From assembly GCA_964513735.1 (NCBI GenBank), contig CAZENU010000003.1:50736-114735 (forward strand): 64,000 nucleotides of DNA, in the 5' to 3' direction. Both the position numbers and the translations under genes were made by a program. Below the pieces are notes generated by a model. It worked only from the letters and a program-made list of their open reading frames with translations, was not told where the DNA came from and made no database searches. Source of the DNA: an uncultured Dehalococcoidia bacterium. GTDB lineage: Bacteria > Chloroflexota > Dehalococcoidia > Lucifugimonadales > CAZENU01. Positions 51,812-62,852 of this stretch are shown piece by piece. Numbering within the stretch: position 1 is the stretch's first letter; each line of letters opens with the position of its first letter.

Positions 51812-52335
51812 TTGAAGCTGACCTCGGTCACCCTCCACGACCGGTTTGTGATCGAGACGCTGCGAGAAGCTGTTCGTTCCGGCATGGAAGGCAATTTCGA
51901 AGTGGGGCGGTGCTGGTCGACGCGACCGGTACGATTGTAGAGCGAGGGCGCAATCGAGTGTTCTTTCCGCACTTTCGCAGCGATCTCCACGCGGAGATGG
52001 ACCTCATATCGAGGGTGGAAGAGAATCTCAAAGGTAGTCTGGAGCCCAGAGAGCTGACTCTCTTTTCCTCGCTTGAGCCCTGCCCAACGTGCCTTCTTCG
52101 ACTGATCATTTCCGGCGTAGGCAGAGTCTTCTATGCCGCTCTCGATGGACCAGACGGAATGGCCAACAGGCTGGACGCTTTCCCCCCGGAGTGGAGACAG
52201 ATGGCCGGGGGAAGAGAATTCGGCCCCGCCGACTGCTCGCCTCGCTTGCAAGACCTGGCCTGGCGCGTCTTCGAAGCTACGGTGCATGTCAACGACCGAA
52301 AGCTGATGGAAAGGTCGAGAACCGCGAGCAGCTAG
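51812..52335 (+). pseudogene. CDA-fold nucleoside/guanine deaminase-like gene with a frameshift in a G4 run (51904..51907)
   Basis: The zinc motifs HAEMDLI and LEPCPTCLLRLI are in the frame of ORF 51751. The expected N-terminus, (TTG 51812) KLTSVTLHDRFVIETLREAVRSGMEGNFEVG, is in another frame. Adding one G to GTGGGGCGG joins them as ...NFEVGAVLVDATGTIVERGRN. Confidence 0.7.
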
Positions 52336-52446
52336 GAAGCCCCGAGACGAGGTGAGTCTCCTCGTCAATCCAGGAAACGCCCCGCCGAGGTCGACGCCGA
52401 GCAGCAGATTCCTGCCGTTGCCCGGGTATCCATCGGCCACCGCCGA

Positions 52447-53580
52447 TTAGCTCGCCCTCAGCCCGTGTGTCTGGAACACCGCCCGCTGGATCTCCAGCAC
52501 GCTGCGTTCGGCGAACTTCCGTGCGTCGTCTCGCATCGACTGCCGCACCGGCGGTTCTTCGGCGTCCCGCAGCGCCGACACCCCGTACGTCTCGCGGTAC
52601 GACGGCGGGACCTGGTCCGGGATCTGTTGCTCCGAAAGCACGCCGAAGGCCAGGGTCCACGCCCGCGCAACCGCCTGCAGGTCGTACCCGCCTCCGCCCA
52701 GCGCCAGCCACCACGGCGCACGCCCCTGGAACTCGGCGACGGCCTCGCCGAAGCCCTGCACCGTCAGCGCCAGGTGGGTGATCGGGTCCAGATAGTGGGA
52801 GTCGATGCCGATCTGCGTTACCAGCGCGTCGGGACGAAAGGCATCCAGCAGCGGTAGCACCGTTTCCCGAAACGCCCACAGATACGTGTCGTCGGTCGTG
52901 TACGGATACAGCGGCACGTTCACCGAGTAGCCGCGACCCCTTCCGGTGCCGGTCTCCTGCGGGAAGCCCGTGCCCGGGAAGATAAACGCCCCCGACTCGT
53001 GGACAGATATCGTCAGCACCTCATCGGTGTCGTAGAAGGCAGCCTGGACCCCGTCCCCGTGGTGGCAGTCGATGTCCACGTAGGCCACCCGCATACCCTG
53101 CTTCGCCAGAGCCTGGACTGCCAGGACCGGGTCGTTGAACACGCAGAAACCCGAGGCGCGGTCCGCCATCGCGTGGTGGAGCCCGCCGGAGATGCTCATT
53201 GCAGCCTCGACCTCGCCCGAGATCAGCAGCTCGGCGCCCCTGAGCGACGCCCCGCTCGACCACAAGGCGGCCTCGTACATGCCCTCATAGATAGGGTTGT
53301 CTCCGGCGCCCAGGTTGAAGGTGCTGGGGTACGCGGGAAGCTGCCCAAGGCTGAAGCTCCGCACCGCCTCCACGTACTCCCGGACGTGAAAGCCCAGGAC
53401 CTCCTCTTCAGTGGCCTGTCTCGGATCCACCAGAGCGGCGTTCGCCGCGAAAGCGTCGTACGACTGAAGTAGCTCGTACACGTAGCGCAGCCGCACTGGT
53501 TTCATCGGGTGCTCGGGGCTGAGGATATGGCGCGACAGCACGTCGCTGTATACGAACGCGGCCTTTAGGGCGGTCATCAC
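52447..53580 (-). CDS. histone-deacetylase-family protein (AcuC / acetylpolyamine-type deacetylase)
   Basis: 377 aa, with GGLHHAMADRASGFCVFND and DIDCHHGDGVQ. Confidence 0.9.
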   Translation of the reverse strand: MMTALKAAFVYSDVLSRHILSPEHPMKPVRLRYVYELLQSYDAFAANAALVDPRQATEEEVLGFHVREYVEAVRSFSLGQLPAYPSTFNLGAGDNPIYEGMYEAALWSSGASLRGAELLISGEVEAAMSISGGLHHAMADRASGFCVFNDPVLAVQALAKQGMRVAYVDIDCHHGDGVQAAFYDTDEVLTISVHESGAFIFPGTGFPQETGTGRGRGYSVNVPLYPYTTDDTYLWAFRETVLPLLDAFRPDALVTQIGIDSHYLDPITHLALTVQGFGEAVAEFQGRAPWWLALGGGGYDLQAVARAWTLAFGVLSEQQIPDQVPPSYRETYGVSALRDAEEPPVRQSMRDDARKFAERSVLEIQRAVFQTHGLRAS

Positions 53581-53673
53581 GGCTCCCGTCGGAGTTTGTG
53601 CCGCCTTTGATTCTGACCACCCGCCGCCGACTCCGCAACCCCTGTGCCGAGGCGGGAGCCCAACGCCGCCAGG

Positions 53674-54864
<1,191 letters not shown>

Positions 54865-54886
54865 ACGCCGGCTTCCCGGTCAGCGA

Positions 54887-55138
54887 CTACGGCCACTCGT
54901 CTTCGTCCTGCAGCTCGAAGCCCAGCTCCAGCAGGCCGGCCCTCAGGGTGGGCAGCCACTCGGCGGTCGGCATGGTCACCGGGGCCGTGATCTCTACGTC
55001 ACCGCCCGGCCCACCGATGACGCTGCCCGAGCCTTCCTTCTCCAGCGGCACGCTGATGGTCTCCCGGTCGATCCCGAAGAGATCGGTCACGTCGTAGACC
55101 CCCATCATGTCGTCCATTCCGATGATCTCGTCGGCCAA
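54887..55138 (-). CDS. hypothetical small acidic protein (83 aa)
   Basis: High third-position GC. It is co-directional with, and 22 nt upstream of, the FIST gene. No family recognised. Confidence 0.4.
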   Translation of the reverse strand: MADEIIGMDDMMGVYDVTDLFGIDRETISVPLEKEGSGSVIGGPGGDVEITAPVTMPTAEWLPTLRAGLLELGFELQDEDEWP

Positions 55139-55249
55139 CCCGCGCTCCCCACCGCCGCTGTCGGACTCTTGCGCGGCGGGCTAGAATAGTCGTCCAGACA
55201 TTATCGCACCCGGAATACCGGGTGCAAAGGCTACTAGCCCCAACGGTCG

Positions 55250-55810
55250 GTGGGTGGTCCCGACGGCACATGCACGGTGAAGACACTCCCAGACTACCTG
55301 GCTCCCGGCCTAGACATAGTCTTCGTAGGCATCAACCCCGGCGCGTGCTCCGCCGAGGTCGGCCACTACTTCGCGACGCCAGCCAACCGCTTCTGGCCGG
55401 CGGTCAACCGGTCCGGCCTGCTTCCGGAGCCCTTCGGCCCCTACGACGACCACCGCGTCCTCGAGCAAGGCATCGGCCTGACCGACGTCGTGAAGCGCGC
55501 CTCCAACAGCGCGTCTAAACTGCGGGCCGCCGACTACCGCCGATGGGCGCCGGTCCTCAAGGAGAAGCTGGAGCGCTTCGCGCCGCTCATCGTCTGCTTC
55601 CACGGCATCACGGGCTACCGGGGCTATCTGAAGTACGCGGAGGACGTTGAATCTCGCGCCGAGCTTGGGCTCCAGCAGCGCCCCATTGGCGTCTCCAGGG
55701 TCTTCATCGTCCCAAATCCCAGTCCGGCCAACGCCGTCTATTCCCTGAACAACCTGACAGGCTGGTACCTGCACCTCAAGGACCTCCGAGACGAGCTAAG
55801 ACAGACGTGA
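55250..55810 (+). CDS. mug: G/U mismatch-specific uracil-DNA glycosylase (UDG family 2)
   Basis: IVFVGINPG..., NRFWP and PNPSPANA motifs. The exact start is uncertain (GTG 55250 or 55277). Confidence 0.85.
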   Translation: MGGPDGTCTVKTLPDYLAPGLDIVFVGINPGACSAEVGHYFATPANRFWPAVNRSGLLPEPFGPYDDHRVLEQGIGLTDVVKRASNSASKLRAADYRRWAPVLKEKLERFAPLIVCFHGITGYRGYLKYAEDVESRAELGLQQRPIGVSRVFIVPNPSPANAVYSLNNLTGWYLHLKDLRDELRQT

Positions 55811-56409
55811 GCCAGACCGTGCGCGCCTTCGTAGCCGTCGAGCTGCCGCCACATGTAGGAGATACGTTGTCCGGACTGGTCCGGTTCCTGGATGGCGAGC
55901 GGGTCCGTGGACTGCGCACCGTGGCCCCCTACGCAGTCCACCTGACGCTGAAGTACCTGGGCGACGTCCAGGCGTCACAGACCGCAGCCATAGAGGCGGC
56001 GCTTCTCGACGCGGCCGCGGGACGGCCGGCGCTCGTCCTGAAGCTGGACCAGGCCGGGGTCTTCCCCCAGCGGGGATCGCCGAGGGTGCTGTGGGTGGGG
56101 CTGGCCGGCGACACGGATGGGCTCGCAGCCCTCCAAACGCGGGTCGAGGAGGCCTTGGAACCCCTGGGGTTCCCGCGCGAGGGACACCCTTTCCACCCCC
56201 ATCTCACCATTGGGCGCATGCGCGAACGGACCGCGGCGGCGGACCGCGTTCACGCCAGGCAAGCGCTCCTGTCGGCGCCTTTCGAGCCGGGGCAGACGTT
56301 ACCGGTCGACGCCCTGAGCCTGATGCAAAGCATCCTGCGACCGGCCGGAGCGCGGTATCGGCGCCTGGCGTCCATACCCCTCGGTCCTTCAGCCACAACA
56401 GATGACTGA
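55807..56409 (+). CDS. thpR: RNA 2',3'-cyclic phosphodiesterase (2H family, LigT/ThpR)
   Basis: Two HxT motifs: HLTLKYLG and HPHLTIGR. It overlaps the mug stop in a GTGA. Confidence 0.85.
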   Translation: MSQTVRAFVAVELPPHVGDTLSGLVRFLDGERVRGLRTVAPYAVHLTLKYLGDVQASQTAAIEAALLDAAAGRPALVLKLDQAGVFPQRGSPRVLWVGLAGDTDGLAALQTRVEEALEPLGFPREGHPFHPHLTIGRMRERTAAADRVHARQALLSAPFEPGQTLPVDALSLMQSILRPAGARYRRLASIPLGPSATTDD

Positions 56410-56486
56410 ATAAACCTTGGAGGCGTCCGGAAGCAGGTGTTATACTTGGCGCGCTTTTGAATCAGGCGGAATGCGAGGAGGCTTAC

Positions 56487-56702
56487 TTGGGGAACGATAG
56501 CTGGCCGGTATGTCAGAAATGCGAGACTGGGAGCCTGCTACCCCTCTCCGACTTCGGAGGGCAGGGCGCTCCCATCCACTACAAGGCCTGGGTCTGCAGC
56601 AGCCCCGGTTGTGGCTTCAACATCAAGATCCGCAACGGCGACGTGTACCTCAACGAGCCTATGGCCAGTGGCGCGGCGCACGCGCCGCGTATTCGCCAGT
56701 AG
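56487..56702 (+). CDS. small zinc-ribbon protein (71 aa)
   Basis: AGGAGG, 6 nt, then TTG 56487. It has CQKC...CSSPGC (CxxC...CxxxxC). No family recognised. Confidence 0.4.
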   Translation: MGNDSWPVCQKCETGSLLPLSDFGGQGAPIHYKAWVCSSPGCGFNIKIRNGDVYLNEPMASGAAHAPRIRQ

Positions 56703-56861
56703 ACCCCTGTTCGGGACGGCGCTCGTTGGTGATTGCGGGAGCCGTCGCCGCCGCCCCGATTGATCGACCGCTGTACGCTTGAGCCGGCGCGGCCGTGCCG
56801 AGGTCGGGTCGCGACCGTCTCGCCGACGCCACGCCCTCGCCGACGCTCCGAAGGTGTTCTG

Positions 56862-57806
56862 ATGCTGGGTTTTCTGCGGCGTCGAGTCAAAGAGAAGACG
56901 GACCGTGCGGCCGCGAAGACCCGTGGCGCCTGGTTCGGCCACATATCGTCCCTGTTCCGAGGCGCCCGCCTGGACGACGAGCTCTGGGAGGAGCTCGAAG
57001 AGCTGCTGGTCGCCGCAGACGTCGGCATGAGCACGACCCGGGACCTCCTGGGGCGGGTCAAGCAGCGTGTGCGCGATGAGCGCGTCGAAAGGCCGGAGCC
57101 CGCCCTCGATCTGCTCAAGCGGGAGATGGTCTCCACGCTGGCGATCGACGCGCCCGAGCCGCTCCGGACCGGCGACGGCGCCCCCCAAGTGGTGCTGATG
57201 GTCGGCGTCAACGGAGCCGGCAAGACGACCAGCATCGCCAAGCTCGCCCAGCTATACCGAGACCAGGGCAAGAAGGTCCTGCTCGGGGCCGCCGACACCT
57301 TCCGCGCGGCGGCCATCGATCAGCTCCAGGAGTGGGGCCGCCGTCTGGACATCGACGTGATCGCCCACCAGCCCGGCGCCGACGCTGCCGCGGTGGCTTT
57401 CGACGCCGTAGATGCCGCAGCCGCACGCGGCGCCGACGTCGTCATCATCGACACGGCCGGGCGACTCCACACGAAGTTCAACTTGATGGAGGAGATCAAG
57501 AAGGTCCAGAGGATCATCTCGCGCCGGGTCGACGAGCAGTCGCAGACGGTCATGCTGGCGCTGGACGCCACGACCGGTCAAAACGGGCTTCTTCAGGCCC
57601 GTGCCTTCACCGGGGCGCTGGCATGCGACGGCGTCTTGCTGGCCAAGCTAGACAGCTCGGCCAAGGGTGGCGTGGTTTTCGCGATCGTCGCCGAGCTGCA
57701 GATCCCGGTGCTCTTCATCGGCACAGGCGAGCAGCCCGACGATATCTCTCCTTTCGACGCGGAGACGTTCGTGGAGTCGCTATTTCGGTCCGAGGACGCA
57801 GGCTGA
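56862..57806 (+). CDS. ftsY: signal recognition particle receptor FtsY
   Basis: MLGFLRR...LWEELEELLVAADVG, GVNGAGKTT, DTAGRL and AKLDSSAKGG. The start is ATG 56862. Confidence 0.95.
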   Translation: MLGFLRRRVKEKTDRAAAKTRGAWFGHISSLFRGARLDDELWEELEELLVAADVGMSTTRDLLGRVKQRVRDERVERPEPALDLLKREMVSTLAIDAPEPLRTGDGAPQVVLMVGVNGAGKTTSIAKLAQLYRDQGKKVLLGAADTFRAAAIDQLQEWGRRLDIDVIAHQPGADAAAVAFDAVDAAAARGADVVIIDTAGRLHTKFNLMEEIKKVQRIISRRVDEQSQTVMLALDATTGQNGLLQARAFTGALACDGVLLAKLDSSAKGGVVFAIVAELQIPVLFIGTGEQPDDISPFDAETFVESLFRSEDAG

Positions 57807-58025
57807 CCGCGGCCCGACGCTCCAGTGCCACGTCATCACGGCCATACCCAAACAAGCGCGCAAGTAGGATATGCCCGTTCGTCTCCTACAACGCTCCGTC
57901 TTACCCCGGGTGTCCCGATGTGGAATCGGGGTGTATCGAGGAGCCGCTCACGGGCTCGGCTGACCATATGTCACAGATACCTACCTGGGATAAGACCGTG
58001 CTAGCCCCATTCCCGTATTATCTAT

Positions 58026-60395
58026 GTGATGTTTAGCTTCATCGTCTGGCTCCTGGCCGTCGAAGCGATCGGGCTGGCGGCGTTCCCAATCTGCTACTTC
58101 CTGTTCCCCAGGCTCAAGGATCGGGGCTACAGCGTCAGCAAGGTCCTCGGCCTGCTCATTATCGGCTACCTCTCTTGGGTCTTCAGCGCACTGCACATAG
58201 TGCCAAGCGTGCAGGCCACGTTGTTCGGCCTGCTGCTGCTGATGGCGGCGGTATCGGCCTGGTACGTCTGGCGCCGACGCCAGGAGTTCGGCGAGTTCTT
58301 CTACCGAGAGCGCACCACCATCCTCCTGGCCGAGGGCGTGTTCCTGGCGGTGCTGCTCGTCTGGACTGTTTATCGCGCCTATGACCCCGCCATCAACCAC
58401 ACCGAGCAGCCGATGGACTTCGCGTTCCTGAACGCGTCCATCCGCAACTTCCTCGGCCAGCCGGAGGACCCGTGGCTGAGAGGCGAGTCCATCAGCTACT
58501 ACTACTTCGGCTACTGGATGATGGGCGCGCTCAGCGAGCTTACCGCCATCCCATCGAACGTGACCTACAATCTGTCGATGGCCCTGATTCCGGCCCTGGC
58601 GTCCATGGGCATATTCGGCCTCGTGTATGGAATGGTCCGATCCGAGGCCAGGAGGCTCCGCTACGCGATCGCCGCCGGAGTAGCCGCGGCGGTATTGATC
58701 GGCTTCGCGGCCAACCTTGAAGGCGTGCTCGAGTTCATGCGGGCCAACCAGATGGGCTCCGACGGCTTCTGGGACTGGTTACGAATAGCCGGCCTCGATG
58801 GTCCGGCTGCCGAGGCCGCCGAGTCCTGGCGGCCCACGGAGCACTGGTGGTGGTGGAAGGCCACGCGGGTCGTCAGCACATTCGGCGGCGACGCGCAGCT
58901 CGACTACACCATCCACGAGTTCCCGTTCTTCAGCTTCATGCTGGGCGACATGCACCCCCACGTCATGTCGCTGCCCTTCGTGGTCCTGTTCCTGACCATG
59001 TGCTGGAACCTCTTCCAGTCGCCGGTCCACGTCTGGTCCAACCTGAGCTTCCGCCCCTACGCAGGGCTCTTCGCTCTGGCGCTGGTGCTCGGCGGAGTCG
59101 CGTTCACGAACATGTGGGACCTGCCGGTGCTGGCGGCACTGCTGTTCGGGGTGTTGGCCGTGCGGTCATACCTATCCAGAGGCGGCGACGTCGTCACGGT
59201 GTCCAGAGACTCCCTGCCGGTGACGGGGGCCGTAGTCGCCGTGGCAGCCATCCTGGTACTGCCCTACCTGCTGTCGTTCACCAGCCAGGTGTCCGGCATC
59301 AACCCCGTGGGGAGCTACGAAGGGATCGAGGTCTCCACTACGCGGCCGGTGCATACCTTCATCGTGTGGGGGTTGTTGCTGCTGGCCGTATCGCCCTTCG
59401 TGGTCATCGAGTTCTGGCGAACGACGGTCAGCGCCGACTGGGGCAGACTCACCACGATCTCACTGACGGTTGCGTTCGCCCCGTTCGCGCTCTGGGCCGT
59501 CCTGCACCTGGACAAAGGCGGCGGGCTGAGCGAGCTGTTCAGCCGGCTTTTCCACATCTTGCCTTACGCGCTGCTGATCGGCATGGCCGTCTACACCGTG
59601 CTCTGGCTGGCCCGCCGTCCCCGCCCCCCCATGGGCCGGGTGTTCGCGCTGGCACTGACGTCCCTGGGTCTGCTGATCATCATGGGGCCGGAGCTCCTCT
59701 ACGTCGACGACTCGTTCGGTGGCGCGTCCGAGCGGATGAACACGGTGTTCAAGCTATACTACCAGGGCTGGCTCCTGCTCGGCGCGGCGGCGGGCTTCAC
59801 CGTCTACTACTGGGTGGCGCTTCGGGAGCGGCTGACCGGCTGGACCCGGTTTCTGACCGGCGTCTGGTCGGCGGTCTTCGTCGTGCTGCTTCTGGGGAGC
59901 GCCTACTACCCTCTGGTCGCCGCCGCCAGCAAGGGCGACCTCTTCCACGACAACCCCACGCTCGACGGACTGGCCTGGGTCGGCGGAAAGGACAGCGTCG
60001 AGTACCGCGCCATAGAGCTGATAAGCAGAGAGGCCGGCCCAGACTCGGCCGTGCTGGAGGCCTTCGACGGCAGCAGCTACTACGTCACTGGGCCCTTCGG
60101 ACGCGTTTCGGCGAGTACCGGGGTGCCGACGGTCCTGGGCTGGCAGGGGCACGAGAACCAGTGGCGAGGCTCCGACGACGCCTACAAGGGCAGGCCCGAG
60201 GACGTCGAGACGATCTACACGACCGACGACGTCGAGGAGGCGAAAAACCTGCTCTCCAAATACGGCGTAGACTATGTGTACGTCGGGCCCCTGGAGAGGC
60301 AGAAGTACGGGGAGGACGGGCTCGACAAGTTCGCTACCTTCATGGAGCTGCGCTTCAGCGAGGGTGGCGTCTCGGTGTATCGGTGGAGACCGTGA
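58026..60395 (+). CDS. large polytopic membrane protein, chlor_Arch_YYY / DUF2298-like (GT-C-like fold suspected)
   Basis: 789 aa with more than 12 hydrophobic segments. It has the signature ISYYYFGYWMMG and a soluble C-terminal domain. I recognise this as the family shared by Chloroflexi and Archaea, from memory and not from a search. Confidence 0.8.
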   Translation: MMFSFIVWLLAVEAIGLAAFPICYFLFPRLKDRGYSVSKVLGLLIIGYLSWVFSALHIVPSVQATLFGLLLLMAAVSAWYVWRRRQEFGEFFYRERTTILLAEGVFLAVLLVWTVYRAYDPAINHTEQPMDFAFLNASIRNFLGQPEDPWLRGESISYYYFGYWMMGALSELTAIPSNVTYNLSMALIPALASMGIFGLVYGMVRSEARRLRYAIAAGVAAAVLIGFAANLEGVLEFMRANQMGSDGFWDWLRIAGLDGPAAEAAESWRPTEHWWWWKATRVVSTFGGDAQLDYTIHEFPFFSFMLGDMHPHVMSLPFVVLFLTMCWNLFQSPVHVWSNLSFRPYAGLFALALVLGGVAFTNMWDLPVLAALLFGVLAVRSYLSRGGDVVTVSRDSLPVTGAVVAVAAILVLPYLLSFTSQVSGINPVGSYEGIEVSTTRPVHTFIVWGLLLLAVSPFVVIEFWRTTVSADWGRLTTISLTVAFAPFALWAVLHLDKGGGLSELFSRLFHILPYALLIGMAVYTVLWLARRPRPPMGRVFALALTSLGLLIIMGPELLYVDDSFGGASERMNTVFKLYYQGWLLLGAAAGFTVYYWVALRERLTGWTRFLTGVWSAVFVVLLLGSAYYPLVAAASKGDLFHDNPTLDGLAWVGGKDSVEYRAIELISREAGPDSAVLEAFDGSSYYVTGPFGRVSASTGVPTVLGWQGHENQWRGSDDAYKGRPEDVETIYTTDDVEEAKNLLSKYGVDYVYVGPLERQKYGEDGLDKFATFMELRFSEGGVSVYRWRP

Positions 60396-60563
60396 CGCGG
60401 CCGACGACTCGGAGTGGCCTTCGACAAGCTCAGGCCGAACGGGACTGGACGTGCCACCGTTCGTGGTAAGCCTGTCGAACCAGATAGCACCCAGAAACGG
60501 GCCGTCAATGGAACGCAACGACATCAATCCAACCGGTCAGTCTGATCAACGCGAGAAGCTAGA

Positions 60564-62807
60564 GTGACGACGGACGAAGACTCAGTCCCAGAGAACGGCG
60601 ACGGCGGCGTCAGGCCGTGGTGGGCCCGCTGGCTGCGCCGTCTGCGGAGGTCCGAGGACGGCGGCTCCAGGATAACCTCGCTCGCCCTCCTCCCCTGGGA
60701 GTTGCCCGGCTACGGCGTACTGATCGGTACCGCGGCCGCCATGCGGCTGTGGGATCTGGGTGCCCGCGCCATGCATCACGACGAGAGCCTGCACGCCCTC
60801 TACTCTTGGAACCTGTCCGAAGGCAAGGGCTACGTCCACGACCCGATGATGCACGGCCCCCTCCAGATGGAAAGCACGGCCGCCGTCTTCTACGTCCTCG
60901 GTGATGGCGAGTTCACCGCGCGGTTGCTCTACGCGGTGGCCGGCACCGCTTTGGTCGCGTTGCCCTTCTTCCTACGCTACCGGCTCGGCAGGATAGGCGC
61001 TCTACTCGTCGCGGGGATGCTGGCCGTCTCGCCGACCATGCTCTACTTCAGCCGCTTCGCCCGCAACGACATCCTCATGGCCGTCTGGGCGCTGGGCCTG
61101 GTTATCGCCATGTGGCGCTACCTCGACGACGGCAGGGACCGAAATCTCTATTTCGCGTCCGGTCTGCTGGCCCTGGCCTTCGCAACCAAGGAGACAGCCT
61201 ACATCGTCACCAGCACCCTGGGCTTCTTCCTGCTCATACTTGTCTTAGCGCGCAACTGGGGGTCCATCCACCGCGGCGTGGTGATCGGAGAGGTGTCGCC
61301 GCCCGCGGCTGTCGCCCGAATCATCAAGGGCGCCTGGGAGGCCATCCCGTTGGGCACACGCCTGAGAGGCATCTCCCGGCCGGCCGGGTTCTTCGTGCTG
61401 CTGTTCACGCTGGCGCTGCCCATGGGCGCCGCTCTGGTGAGCATCTTCCAGGATACTGCGCTGCTGAGCTGGTCGAACCTGGTACTGGCCAGCCAGATAG
61501 ACGGGACTGGCCCCATAGGCACGCCGGTTGGCGGCGGCATCGTGGTAGCGGTCCTAGTCGTCGTCGGCCTGCTGATCGTGTCGGCGATCATTGGCATCAG
61601 GTGGAACGGCTGGCTATGGGTGCGGTGCGCCACGGTGTTCTACGCGATATGGGTCCCGCTGTACTCGACCTTTTTCACCAACCTGGAGGGCGTTCCGTCA
61701 GGCGCCTGGAGGTCCCTGGGATACTGGATCGCGCAGCAGGCAGAGGGTCGGGGCAATCAGCCGACCTACTACTACACAATCCTGACGCCACTGTACGAGT
61801 TCCTTCCGTTGATCTTCGCCGTCGCAGGGGCGGTCTACTATCTGCGTCGCAACGACCTCTTCAGCACCTTCCTCGTCTTCTGGGCCGGCATCACTTTCCT
61901 GCTCTACACCGCGGCCAGCGAGAAGATGCCGTGGCTGCTGGTAAACATCACTCTGCCGCTCATCGTCCTCGGGGGCAAATTTCTGGGCGACATGGTCGAT
62001 CGCATAGAGTGGCGAAGGCTCGTGGCCGGCGGCGGGCTGTTCCTGATGGCCGGAGTGCCGATCCTGGTCCTGCTCCTGTACGCCCTGATATTTCTCGACG
62101 TCGCGCTCGACGACCCCACCAGCCTGATGCTGCTTGCAGCGTCGGTAGGAACGCTGACGGCGATGGTGGTGTCCGGCTATGTGATCACAAAGAGCGTTGG
62201 ATACCGCAGCTTCTTCGCCTTCGCGACGATCCCGCTGGCGGTGCTGCTGCTAATGCTCACCGTGCGGACCACCTGGAACGCCAGCTACGAAAACGGAGAC
62301 ATCCCGGTCGAGATGCTCGTCTACACGCAGACCTCGCCGGACATCTCAGCGCTCTACGAGTACGTCAGCAAGGCCGGCTACGAGCTGGGCGAGGACAACA
62401 AGCTCCAGATCGTCGTAGACGACACGAGCGGTTTCTCGTGGCCTTGGGCGTGGTATCTCAGGGACTACACCACCGTCAGCTACAACTCGTTCGGCGGGTC
62501 CGTCTTACCTCACTATACGTCGTCATCTCAGGTGCTCGTCGTCCACAGGGACAACCAGAGCAAGACCGACGCGGAGCTAGGCGACGTCTTCGGCGACGGA
62601 ACGCTCATCAGGCACCGGTGGTGGTTCCCCGAGTACAAGTATCGTGGGCTCACCCTCGGCACGCTGCTCAAGGGCCTCGTCGACCGTGAGGCGTGGCGAG
62701 CCGGTATCGAGTACTTCCTCGACCGGGACGTAGTGTTCGACGATATCGGGAGTGAAGACGCCTACGTCTACTTTCGCGACGGGTTCCCCGACGACTTCGT
62801 ACCCTAG
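60564..62807 (+). CDS. large polytopic membrane protein, ArnT/PMT-like (GT-C) glycosyltransferase family, TIGR03663-like
   Basis: 747 aa. It has a DES motif in the first loop (MHHDESLHALYSW), FSRFARNDILM, many transmembrane segments and a C-terminal soluble domain. Confidence 0.75.
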   Translation: MTTDEDSVPENGDGGVRPWWARWLRRLRRSEDGGSRITSLALLPWELPGYGVLIGTAAAMRLWDLGARAMHHDESLHALYSWNLSEGKGYVHDPMMHGPLQMESTAAVFYVLGDGEFTARLLYAVAGTALVALPFFLRYRLGRIGALLVAGMLAVSPTMLYFSRFARNDILMAVWALGLVIAMWRYLDDGRDRNLYFASGLLALAFATKETAYIVTSTLGFFLLILVLARNWGSIHRGVVIGEVSPPAAVARIIKGAWEAIPLGTRLRGISRPAGFFVLLFTLALPMGAALVSIFQDTALLSWSNLVLASQIDGTGPIGTPVGGGIVVAVLVVVGLLIVSAIIGIRWNGWLWVRCATVFYAIWVPLYSTFFTNLEGVPSGAWRSLGYWIAQQAEGRGNQPTYYYTILTPLYEFLPLIFAVAGAVYYLRRNDLFSTFLVFWAGITFLLYTAASEKMPWLLVNITLPLIVLGGKFLGDMVDRIEWRRLVAGGGLFLMAGVPILVLLLYALIFLDVALDDPTSLMLLAASVGTLTAMVVSGYVITKSVGYRSFFAFATIPLAVLLLMLTVRTTWNASYENGDIPVEMLVYTQTSPDISALYEYVSKAGYELGEDNKLQIVVDDTSGFSWPWAWYLRDYTTVSYNSFGGSVLPHYTSSSQVLVVHRDNQSKTDAELGDVFGDGTLIRHRWWFPEYKYRGLTLGTLLKGLVDREAWRAGIEYFLDRDVVFDDIGSEDAYVYFRDGFPDDFVP

Positions 62808-62852
62808 CCCCTCGTCTCAGCGCTCCTGTATCATGGTTCCGGGAGAGGTTAC

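Noticed and set aside
51445-52440. 331-aa minus-strand ORF across the lower-GC islet
   Set aside because: It is antisense to the deaminase, whose HAE and PCxxC zinc motifs fix the coding strand. The translation has no recognisable family features.
58847-62689. 540-aa (58847..60469) and 525-aa (61112..62689) alternative-frame ORFs
   Set aside because: They lie inside the two GT-C-like membrane protein genes in another frame. They are extremely Arg/Gly/Pro-rich, whereas the annotated frames give coherent transmembrane helices.
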